A stretch of 9,435 bases of DNA. It comes from Caedimonas varicaedens. GTDB lineage: Bacteria; Pseudomonadota; Alphaproteobacteria; Caedimonadales; Caedimonadaceae. Each line of letters opens with the position of its first letter. Positions within the stretch are counted from its first letter, which is position 1. The stretch covers positions 1-9,435 of the forward strand of contig BBVC01000045.1 in NCBI GenBank assembly GCA_001192655.1, read 5' to 3'. A model generated the notes under the pieces. The model ran no database searches and was not told where the DNA came from. It saw only the letters and a program-made list of their open reading frames with translations. This document shows, piece after piece, positions 1 to 6,852 of the stretch. The position numbers and the translations under genes were made by a program.

Positions 1-57
1 ATCCATAATATAACCATTTTAAAGGTTTTTAGCTATAGAGAATCTTGAAAAGCAAGC

Positions 58-75
58 GGTACATATATGGTACAT
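58..75 (+). repeat. Tandem GGTACAT-N4-GGTACAT motif, left copy; the partner copy is at 9387..9404
   Basis: The sequence is GGTACATatatGGTACAT. The same 18-mer with one spacer mismatch (ttat) recurs at 9387..9404 in the same orientation. The heptamers repeat every 11 nt. This copy lies about 50 nt beyond the 3' end of tRNA-Glu. Confidence 0.5.
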
Positions 76-124
76 TTGATAAAGAGCAAGAAAACGCTGT
101 ACTGCAAAAAAATAGAATTTTCAA

Positions 125-200
125 TGGCGTCCCCAGCGGGATTCGAACCCGCGTTGCCGCCGTGAAAGGGCGGTGTCCTAGGCCTCTAGACGATGGGGAC
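125..200 (-). tRNA. tRNA-Glu (anticodon UUC), CCA encoded
   Basis: The reverse complement is GTCCCCATCGTCTAGAGGCCTAGGACACCGCCCTTTCACGGCGGCAACGCGGGTTCGAATCCCGCTGGGGACGCCA. The acceptor stem is GTCCCCA/TGGGGAC, the anticodon stem CCGCC/GGCGG, the loop CTTTCAC and the T-loop GGTTCGAATCC. The sequence is very close to the enterobacterial tRNA-Glu as I remember it. Confidence 0.93.
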
Positions 201-315
201 CTAGTAGTGAAAAAGGTGTACCCGCTTGAGAAGCTAAAATCAAGAGATTTCTGCGCAAGAAAATAGATTTGCTCTTCTTGTATTTTTTCCTCACCAAAGC
301 GCTTTTCTGTCGTGC

Positions 316-1854
316 TTATTCCTTCTTTCTTGCTGCCTCTGGTTTGACAACCGGGTAATCTTGCATGATCTTCAGGACTTCTGCAATGGATCTGTCAAGC
401 TGAGGATCTTTACCCTGAGCATAATCCTGCGGCATGATATCTACTTCAATATCAGGATCCACACCATAGTTTTCGATACTCCATCCCAAATCCTTAAACC
501 AAATTGAAAATTCAGGTTGCGTTGTGACACCTCCATCTATCAGAGCATGACGCGGCCAGATGCCTACAACTCCTCCCCAAGTACGCTTGCCAATAAGCGG
601 CCCCAATTTAAGTTTTTTAAACGCATAAGAGAACATATCTCCATCAGAACCTGCATACTGATTCGTTAAGGCAACCATAGGCCCCATAGGAGAATCTTCA
701 GGATAGGGGATGACATCAAACCAGCGGGTTGAATCGTATCCCAAGCGACGACGCGAGAGTTTTTCCAAAAGTAAGGGTGAAACAGACCCTCCCCCATTAA
801 AACGTACATCGACGATAAGTCCATCACGATCACATTCGCTTAGAAAGCCTCGATGAAATTCCGCAAATCCGGATAGCCCCATATCAGGAACATGGACATA
901 TCCTACTTTCCCGCCTGTCTTTTCATGAACATAAGCACGGTTTCCTTCCACCCAATCTCGATAAAGCCCCGGTTGATGGCTTGAAATAGGCTTAACAACA
1001 ACGGCTCTTTTTTCTTTTCCACGCGCATCACTGACAACAAGATTAATTTCCAGTCCCGCATGTTGCAGAAGGCAGGCTTCAGGGGGCATTTCCGGACTCA
1101 GCGCCTTCCCGTTAATCTCCCAAATAAGATCACCTTCTTTCAGATGCAGACCCGGCGCTAACAAGGGAGATGCAGAAGATTTCCGCCACAGATCTCCCTT
1201 CACAAAAGAAACAATACGATACGTATGCTTTTTGGCATCAAAAGCAAATTCAGCTCCCAAAAGCCCTTGCGACCAAGAGGGTGGCTGACGAAGATCTCCA
1301 CCCATGACATAAGCATGAGATGTCCCCAACTCGCCTTGCATTTCCCATAAAATATCGGAAAGCTCTCCCCGCGTTGAAAGACGTGGAATCAGTTTAAAAT
1401 AGCGATGAAAAACTTCTTGCCAATCAATATGGGACATGTCTTCTCGCCAGAAATGATCGCGTTGTAATCGCCAGGCTTCCTTAAAAATTTGTTCCCATTC
1501 TGAAATAGGATCAACCATCGCACGAATGCGACAAAGATCGATCCATCCTGATCGACGGTTGGGTTTATCCCCTTCTCCCCGATCTTCATGCTTTTCATCC
1601 GCTTTAATAACGCGCAGCCTCTGGCCAGAGCGATAAATCAGCCATTGGGCATCTGCTGACAGACCGATTTCAGACACATGATCAATCCAAGGTTCAACTT
1701 TCTGAGTTTCAAAATCAAACGCTTCAACAAGTCCTGTATCTTCCGGCGATTCTGCGTCGGCGCTATCTTCTTCCAGAGATATGTCTACAGGCCAACTGAC
1801 AAATAGCGCTTTCCCCTTGACACCAACGATCTGAGAGTAAATTCCGTCACTCAC
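316..1854 (-). CDS. Tricorn-type protease, C-terminal part (PDZ plus S41 peptidase domain); most likely the 3' portion of one interrupted gene with 1851..3527
   Basis: This is a 512-aa ORF. It has a PDZ-like stretch (LKEGDLIWEINGKAL) and an S41/Ctp-type core (VDVRFNGGGSVSPLLLEKL, NQYAGSDGDMFSYAFK, GKRTWGGV). Its nominal GTG start overlaps the upstream ORF stop (GTGA). The same frame stays open upstream to the TGA at 1981..1983 and encodes ITIDLEGIENRIQAFPV before the GTG. Confidence 0.8.
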   Translation of the reverse strand: MSDGIYSQIVGVKGKALFVSWPVDISLEEDSADAESPEDTGLVEAFDFETQKVEPWIDHVSEIGLSADAQWLIYRSGQRLRVIKADEKHEDRGEGDKPNRRSGWIDLCRIRAMVDPISEWEQIFKEAWRLQRDHFWREDMSHIDWQEVFHRYFKLIPRLSTRGELSDILWEMQGELGTSHAYVMGGDLRQPPSWSQGLLGAEFAFDAKKHTYRIVSFVKGDLWRKSSASPLLAPGLHLKEGDLIWEINGKALSPEMPPEACLLQHAGLEINLVVSDARGKEKRAVVVKPISSHQPGLYRDWVEGNRAYVHEKTGGKVGYVHVPDMGLSGFAEFHRGFLSECDRDGLIVDVRFNGGGSVSPLLLEKLSRRRLGYDSTRWFDVIPYPEDSPMGPMVALTNQYAGSDGDMFSYAFKKLKLGPLIGKRTWGGVVGIWPRHALIDGGVTTQPEFSIWFKDLGWSIENYGVDPDIEVDIMPQDYAQGKDPQLDRSIAEVLKIMQDYPVVKPEAARKKE

Positions 1855-3527
1855 AGGAAAAGCCTGGATACGATTTTCAATCCCTTCCAGGTCAATGGTA
1901 ATCTTCTTGACTTCCTTGTCATCTTTTTTCTTTTTCCCTTGGGTTCTTCTTTTTCTTCCTTCTCTTCTTTTTGAATAAGTTCAGGAGCTTTAACCGTGAA
2001 AGGAGAAGACAAATCTTTCTGAAGTGTGATCAGGTAAGGACGCATTCCTCGTGGAAAACTCAAATCAAAATGCAATGAATCCCAGGCAGGATCAAATTGC
2101 CGGAAGGAAAGAAAGTAGAGATATTTTCCTTCAGGATCAAATGCAGGAGAAACATCCTTTAAAACTGGTTTTGTAATCGGGGTTATCTTCCCTGTTTTGA
2201 CTTCGTAGAGTTTGATGGCCAATGTTCGCCGAGTTTCAGCAGAACTGTAGGCAATCCACTCACCATCCGGAGACCACGACATTCCATGAACCAATCCATA
2301 GGGATTGCGATCAACGACACGAAATTCCCAGGATTTCAGGTCTACCCAAATAAGCTCACTTCGGTGATTGAGCAAAGCAATCTCATCCTTATGAGGGTTA
2401 GAAATTATTTCTTCAATACGTCCCAAATCAAGATTTGCCGAAAGAGAAATACTTTTACTCGTTTGTGCATCATAAATTTCCAACTGATCCTGTTCTGTCC
2501 AGTCAGTAACAACCACGATACGTGTCCCGTCATGAAGCCATCTGGGCAAACGAAACCTGACCCCATGAGACTCTGCCAAAGGCGATGCCGGACCTTCCCA
2601 ATTCGCAAGACTGAAAGCCTTGCCACGAACAGTCACAGCCAGATGAGAGCCTCGAGGATGTATTTCATAGCCATCAAGATAGCGCCCAGAAGTGATAAAT
2701 CTTCGATTTCTCTGAGGGCGCGATCCAAAATAACGAACATCTACGGGCTGAACTTTTTGAATCTCAGGATGATAGACATAAAGATCTCCCCCCGCATGAT
2801 AAACAATTTTATGACCATCCGTAGACTGATTGCGAACATAATAATCTTTATGAGACGTGTGTTGTTGCAGATCCTGACCCTCTACATTGCAAGAGTAAAG
2901 ATTGCCTGTGCCTTCGTGGTCTGAAGAAAAATAGATGCGGTCTTTGACCCATAAGGGTCGCGCAAAATCACTTTTGAGAGAAATTAATTTTTGATAGCAA
3001 TCATTGCCCTTTTTATCGATCCAGAGTTCCCCAGCTGTCCCACCCCGATACCGTTTCCAAAATCCATATTCACGATACCCATGCCGCTGGATGACAGAAC
3101 CTTTTTGGCTACTATGACTTATAAAGTTTGCAGGACCAACAGAAAGGCGAACAGGGGTGCCCCCTCCAGGTGAAATAGTCCAGAGCGTATTTAATCTTCT
3201 AAAGGGCTCACGGGCGGAAGAAGAAAAAATGATCCCTTTTTTCGTCCACTCAATCACATTGACGGAATCGCCAAGAAACGTCAGACGCCTTGCAATTCCC
3301 CCCTGACTGGGCATCACATAAACTTCGAGAAATCCTTCATCACTCCCCCCAAAAGCAATCATCGATCCATCCGGAGAAAAAACAGGCGTTGTAACCATGC
3401 CAAGACCAGTCGTCAGACGGTGCGCCAGCCCTCCTTCTGCCAAAACAACCCAAAGATCATCCTCAGAAACAAAAACAATCTGGTTGTCATAAATGGCGGG
3501 CGTTCGATAATATCCCTGCAAACTCAT
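1851..3527 (-). CDS. Tricorn-type protease, N-terminal beta-propeller part; the last ~23 codons look out of frame
   Basis: This is a 558-aa ORF with an ATG at 3525..3527. The N-terminus (YYRTPAIYDNQIVFVSEDDLWVV..GGLAHRLTTG....PVFSPDGSMIAF) is the typical tricorn/TolB-like propeller signature. The tail after KGKRKK (MTRKSRRLPLTWKGLKIVSRLFL) looks like frameshifted junk. Confidence 0.8.
   Translation of the reverse strand: MSLQGYYRTPAIYDNQIVFVSEDDLWVVLAEGGLAHRLTTGLGMVTTPVFSPDGSMIAFGGSDEGFLEVYVMPSQGGIARRLTFLGDSVNVIEWTKKGIIFSSSAREPFRRLNTLWTISPGGGTPVRLSVGPANFISHSSQKGSVIQRHGYREYGFWKRYRGGTAGELWIDKKGNDCYQKLISLKSDFARPLWVKDRIYFSSDHEGTGNLYSCNVEGQDLQQHTSHKDYYVRNQSTDGHKIVYHAGGDLYVYHPEIQKVQPVDVRYFGSRPQRNRRFITSGRYLDGYEIHPRGSHLAVTVRGKAFSLANWEGPASPLAESHGVRFRLPRWLHDGTRIVVVTDWTEQDQLEIYDAQTSKSISLSANLDLGRIEEIISNPHKDEIALLNHRSELIWVDLKSWEFRVVDRNPYGLVHGMSWSPDGEWIAYSSAETRRTLAIKLYEVKTGKITPITKPVLKDVSPAFDPEGKYLYFLSFRQFDPAWDSLHFDLSFPRGMRPYLITLQKDLSSPFTVKAPELIQKEEKEEKEEPKGKRKKMTRKSRRLPLTWKGLKIVSRLFL
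1923..1929 (-). other. A_AAA_AAG heptamer in zero-frame register at the junction of the two tricorn ORFs; this is either an indel site or a candidate -1 frameshift site
   Basis: The minus strand reads AGA AAA AAG ATG in the upstream ORF frame (codons 1929..1931, 1926..1928, 1923..1925). The -1 frame reads AAA AAA GAT GAC AAG... and runs straight into the downstream ORF. Confidence 0.35.
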
Positions 3528-3624
3528 TTTATTTAACTTTCTTTAAGATCATCATCAAGGTTCTACTCACATATCACAATAATTTCAAGTTTGCTTTACT
3601 TGAATACTATACTCAAAAGATTTC

Positions 3625-3720
3625 AAAACCTGGGGTCGTTGGGCTTCGGAATTCGTCCTGCTCACATACTTCATATGTACGTTGCGCGGGACTCACCACT
3701 CATTCACTTATCCAGGTTTT
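3625..3720. repeat. 96-nt intergenic element closed by a 9-bp inverted repeat (AAAACCTGG ... CCAGGTTTT); identity unknown
   Basis: 3625..3633 (aaaacctgg) is the exact reverse complement of 3712..3720 (ccaggtttt). The interior is more GC-rich than its flanks. It contains a CUUCGG motif and a small ACATA/TATGT hairpin. On the minus strand a T-rich run follows the element. Confidence 0.3.
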
Positions 3721-3768
3721 AAAAGGCGAAGAGTATATTTTTCCCTTTCGCAAATATTTTATAAACCA

Positions 3769-4311
3769 CTAATCATGATGACAATGGGGACCATGGACAT
3801 GATGATTCCGTTTTAATTCCTTTTTTACTTGTTCCATTTTTTTCAGAAGTAAATTCTTTTTCAACGAAGAGAGATGGTCAAGAAAGCTTTTTCCTTCCAA
3901 ATAATCCATCTGATGCTGTATCACAGTGGATAATAGTCCCTGCGCTTCTAATTCCTGAACATCCCCCTGTAGATCATAATATCGCAGAGAAATTTTTTCA
4001 GGACGCTCAACAAAAGCGCTAATCCCGGGATAAGAAGGAGAACCTTCTTCAAAAGCCTGTTTTTCCGAAGAGAATTTCATAATTTCTGGATTGATCATTA
4101 GGCAGAGTTTGTCTTCTGCTTGATCACGAACGACAATAACACGCTTTGAAATCCCGAACATCGGTGCGCTTATCCCCAGTGTCTCAAGAGAAAGCATCTG
4201 TTCACACAGCGCATCCACAAGATGAAACGTTTCTTTCTCAGCAGGCACAACAAGAACAGCTTTTGTCCTGAGAACTGGATGAGGGGCTATAAGGAGAGAT
4301 AGAATCGTCAT
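3769..4311 (-). CDS. Peptide deformylase (PDF/Def) homolog with substituted catalytic motifs and a His/Cys-rich C-terminal tail
   Basis: The 180-aa ORF aligns by eye over nearly its full length with E. coli Def. Shared stretches include LINPE, the EG.xS region, GLL..xIQHxMD.L.GK.F.D.LS.LK. Motif 1 is GISAPM instead of G(I/L)AAxQ. Motif 2 is EGSPS instead of EGCLS. Motif 3 is HQMDY instead of HExDH. The tail is RNHHVHGPHCHHD. Confidence 0.8.
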   Translation of the reverse strand: MTILSLLIAPHPVLRTKAVLVVPAEKETFHLVDALCEQMLSLETLGISAPMFGISKRVIVVRDQAEDKLCLMINPEIMKFSSEKQAFEEGSPSYPGISAFVERPEKISLRYYDLQGDVQELEAQGLLSTVIQHQMDYLEGKSFLDHLSSLKKNLLLKKMEQVKKELKRNHHVHGPHCHHD

Positions 4312-4427
4312 ATAAATTTCCTCATTTTGATCATTCCTGTTGTGCCTGATCCTTTTTTAAATGTCGAGTTTTATATAAAAGCAAGGGTAAATTTTGAACT
4401 AATTTCTCAGTTTTAGAAGCATTCTTG

Positions 4428-4436
4428 TGCTATAAT
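4428..4436 (+). promoter_or_regulatory. Possible extended -10 element (TGcTATAAT) upstream of ctrA
   Basis: The sequence gTGcTATAAT lies about 87 nt upstream of the ctrA ATG. I saw no convincing -35. Alphaproteobacterial promoters may not follow the E. coli consensus. Confidence 0.3.
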
Positions 4437-4522
4437 AAAATCCTTGCTTGAAAATATAGTCAGATAAGAGTGTAATAGAAGAGTTAAAAAAGATAAGAAG
4501 AATATACAGGGAGAACCTTAAC

Positions 4523-5344
4523 ATGCGTGTCTTAATCATCGAGGATGATCAAGCTACCTCGAAGGCAATACAAATTGCTTTAAAATCTGAAGGTTTTGTC
4601 TGTGATTGCGCAGAGGTTGGAGAGGATGGGCTAGAGATCGCCCGCCATTATGACTACGACCTTATCCTTTTGGATTTAGTCTTGCCTGATATAGACGGTT
4701 ATGAAATTTTAAGAAGACTGCGTGCTGTCCAAGTATCTACGCCTGTTCTCATCCTATCAGGGCTTTCAGGAATCGATGATAAGATCAAGGGGCTTGGCGT
4801 TGGCGCAGATGATTATCTGACAAAGCCTTTTAACAAGGATGAACTCATCGCACGTGTACGTGCAATTATTCGTCGTTCAAAAGGCCATCCCAATTCCGTT
4901 ATTAAAGTAGGTCGCCTTACAATCGATTTAAATACCAAAATGGTGGAAGCCAATGGAAAAACCCTGAAACTTACGGGGCGTGAGCACGCGATTCTCGAAC
5001 TCTTGGCTATCCGAAAAGGTGCAACGCTTTCCAAAGAGATTTTCTTGAATCATTTATATGGCGGCATGGAAGAACCTGAATTTAAAATTATTGATGTTTT
5101 TGTCTGCAAGCTACGCAAAAAACTTGCAGACGCCCTTGATAATCAAAACTATATTGAAACTATCTGGGGACGAGGATATGTCTTGCGTGAACCCCCACAA
5201 GAAAAAACAGCCAATAAAGGCACTCTTGCTGCAACAAAAAATCATGTAGAACCTGAGAAAAAAAAGACGATAAGTCCTTCCAAGAGTTCCACTTTCAAAT
5301 TTCAGGAAAATCATCCAAAGAAATTGGCAAGAGAAGGCGGCTAA
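4523..5344 (+). CDS. ctrA: Cell-cycle response regulator CtrA (OmpR-family receiver plus winged-helix domains) with a ~50-aa C-terminal extension
   Basis: The sequence MRVLIIEDD...[25 protein letters not shown]...[29 protein letters not shown]...[51 protein letters not shown]...[12 protein letters not shown] matches my recollection of Caulobacter and Brucella CtrA closely. The phospho-acceptor Asp51 is present. A GGGAGAA Shine-Dalgarno lies upstream of the ATG. Confidence 0.9.
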   Translation: MRVLIIEDDQATSKAIQIALKSEGFVCDCAEVGEDGLEIARHYDYDLILLDLVLPDIDGYEILRRLRAVQVSTPVLILSGLSGIDDKIKGLGVGADDYLTKPFNKDELIARVRAIIRRSKGHPNSVIKVGRLTIDLNTKMVEANGKTLKLTGREHAILELLAIRKGATLSKEIFLNHLYGGMEEPEFKIIDVFVCKLRKKLADALDNQNYIETIWGRGYVLREPPQEKTANKGTLAATKNHVEPEKKKTISPSKSSTFKFQENHPKKLAREGG

Positions 5345-5361
5345 GAAATCTGAATATCTCT

Positions 5362-5379
5362 AAAAAGCTCTGGCTTTTT
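5362..5379 (+). terminator. Weak hairpin (AAAAAGC-tctg-GCTTTTT) just after the ctrA stop; possibly a leaky terminator
   Basis: A 7-bp, AT-rich stem with a 4-nt loop lies 18 nt after the TAA. Stability is low. Confidence 0.25.
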
Positions 5380-5582
5380 GGGTCGCTCTTGAAAATTCAG
5401 AGACAAAAGACTCAAGGCTATTTTCTAAACAATTCAGGATGGCCATGCTAAGCTTTTAACGCTTATTAAAATAATCTTTTTTGGAAAACGCGATGCATTG
5501 CGTAAAATGTGTATTCCTGAAAGAGCAAAAACCCTTTCCAGTGAGAGAATCGCCGTATAGCCCTGCGATGTGATGAGTTAGA

Positions 5583-5622
5583 TTAACCCTGTGAAAAACT
5601 TTTCACAGGGTTAATGTTTTTA
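5583..5622 (+). terminator. Strong intrinsic terminator hairpin between the convergent ctrA and OMP genes; its T-tract is on the plus strand
   Basis: A perfect 15-bp inverted repeat (TTAACCCTGTGAAAA / TTTTCACAGGGTTAA, 5583..5614) is followed by TGTTTTTATT on the plus strand. It sits 8 nt from the stop of the minus-strand OMP gene. On the minus strand no T-run follows the hairpin. Confidence 0.8.
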
Positions 5623-6852
5623 TTAAAAGTTAACTTTGAACCCCAATTCGACGCTATAAGCCTTACTTTCAAGAGTTGTTCCTGTGGCAGCTCCTACCGG
5701 AATTCCAGCGCCACCCCCGCCCCCGCCACCGCCATTATCGGTCATTTTTTTATTGGGCGTGAAAGAAAGTACACCAACGAATTCTACAGTCTCTGTGATT
5801 TTATAGCGGATACCTCCCATGAAGTTGTGTTCATCCAGAGGGATGCTGAGGGCATTGACCAGCACTTTATCCGAGTTTATAGGCGGTTGACCGTAATTAT
5901 ATCCAACACCTACGATCAGAGAATCGGTCAGCTGATGTTGTATCCCTGTCAGCAAAACAGTTTGGTTTCTCCATCCCTGCCCATTGCGCAACCATCGTGC
6001 TGCACCGTAAAATAGCTCCTTGACGTCCAGCAGGAAATGGGTGTCTGACGTTATATGCCAGGCAAAACCCATCAGAAAGGTCGCAGGAATTTGCATGGGC
6101 GTTGTAAAAAGATCCTCATATTTTTTATGTTGCTGGAAAAAGACAGGCGTGGAGACTGAGCTTCCAATGGTAATGTGTTTGTTAATATCCCACATTCCCC
6201 CGATACGCCCTCCTAGACCTAAAGCTGTATCTTTAGCCAAGCGACCATTTGTTTGAGCTGTGTCTGTTTTAGCCAGGTTTGATTTAAATCCCGAGTATCC
6301 AACAAGCAACGTTAATCCATAAGATTGCTCTGGAGAATGTGCGTACGCTATTGTCGCGGACCCAAGGAGAATATTATTGGAAGCCTGAGTATTATAACCA
6401 GGGGTTAAATCGGGAAGAGATATGGGTTTTTTAAACTTTACAAACCCTCCACCGCCTGAAGTAGCCAACCCGAAAAAGAATTTGTCATTAAGTCGATAGT
6501 TAAGACCCAGAGTTCCTATGGGAACATTATGATAGCCATTTTTCTGTCTTCCAATAGGATTACCTGCAGGCGCTTTCGAAGAATCCAGATATTGATCCTG
6601 ATGCTCAAAGCCTGACATGATAAGAAAATGATTGGGAAGGCGTGTCAGGGCCGCAGGACTAGTAATAATATTTGATGCGTCTTGGGCATATCCCATGTGG
6701 GCTCCACCCGTCAGTCCAGAAGTCCCCATATAACTGGGAATAAAGCCATTTCTTGCGTAACCTTCTTCTGAAAGACCAAAAAGAAAGGTCACTCCCAGTA
6801 TATAAAGATGACGAAAGATCTGTGGATTTTTCGTTGAATTATAATGACGCAT
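5623..6852 (-). CDS. Outer-membrane transport beta-barrel of the FadL/OmpP1/TodX family
   Basis: This is a 409-aa ORF with a GGAGG Shine-Dalgarno 5 nt upstream of the ATG and a signal peptide (...ILGVTFLFGLSEEGYA). The N-terminal signature NGF......SGL.GGA..GYAQDAS....SPAAL resembles FadL (AGF...SSSGLGRA..G.....DA.....NPAL). It also has the SIPLD..H segment typical of the family and a C-terminal Phe (GFKVNF). Confidence 0.7.
   Translation of the reverse strand: MRHYNSTKNPQIFRHLYILGVTFLFGLSEEGYARNGFIPSYMGTSGLTGGAHMGYAQDASNIITSPAALTRLPNHFLIMSGFEHQDQYLDSSKAPAGNPIGRQKNGYHNVPIGTLGLNYRLNDKFFFGLATSGGGGFVKFKKPISLPDLTPGYNTQASNNILLGSATIAYAHSPEQSYGLTLLVGYSGFKSNLAKTDTAQTNGRLAKDTALGLGGRIGGMWDINKHITIGSSVSTPVFFQQHKKYEDLFTTPMQIPATFLMGFAWHITSDTHFLLDVKELFYGAARWLRNGQGWRNQTVLLTGIQHQLTDSLIVGVGYNYGQPPINSDKVLVNALSIPLDEHNFMGGIRYKITETVEFVGVLSFTPNKKMTDNGGGGGGGGAGIPVGAATGTTLESKAYSVELGFKVNF

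Noticed and set aside
45-266. 73-aa plus-strand ORF from the ORF track
   Set aside because: It runs antisense straight through the well-formed tRNA-Glu gene (125..200). It has no RBS and no recognisable motif, so it is an ORF-caller artefact.
1852-1854. GTG at the GTGA overlap as a genuine independent start of a separate C-terminal protease gene (translational coupling)
   Set aside because: Tricorn-like sequence (ITIDLEGIENRIQAFPV) continues in the same frame for more than 20 codons upstream of this GTG. The start is therefore more likely an artefact of ORF calling on an interrupted gene. Reinitiation there cannot be fully excluded.
1389-3173. ORFs 1389..1598(-), 2286..2924(+), 2405..2626(-) and 2991..3173(+) inside the tricorn gene
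   Set aside because: All are nested in, or antisense to, ORFs with clear tricorn homology. Their translations are low-complexity (rich in I, R, N and F) with no motifs. The 212-aa one is a typical antisense shadow ORF.
3625-3720. Intergenic structured element as SRP (4.5S) RNA
   Set aside because: A short stretch on the minus strand (CCCGCGCAACG) resembles the 5' part of E. coli 4.5S RNA. However, the invariant helix-8 core (GGUCAGGUCCGGAAGGAAGCAGCC with a GGAA tetraloop) is absent on both strands.
4312-4522. CtrA autoregulatory box in the ctrA upstream region
   Set aside because: I looked for TTAA-N7-TTAA and found only isolated TTAA half-sites, plus TTAA-N10-TTAA spanning the start codon. 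There is no exact full site, so none is called. Degenerate sites cannot be judged by eye.
4813-5314. ORFs 4813..5034(-), 5058..5249(+) and 5111..5314(-) overlapping ctrA
   Set aside because: They are embedded in, or antisense to, the confidently identified ctrA reading frame. They have no independent start signals or motifs.
5614-6256. Plus-strand ORFs 5614..6015 and 6020..6256
   Set aside because: They are antisense to the FadL-family gene, which has a signal peptide, an RBS and a C-terminal Phe. The first one starts inside the terminator hairpin.
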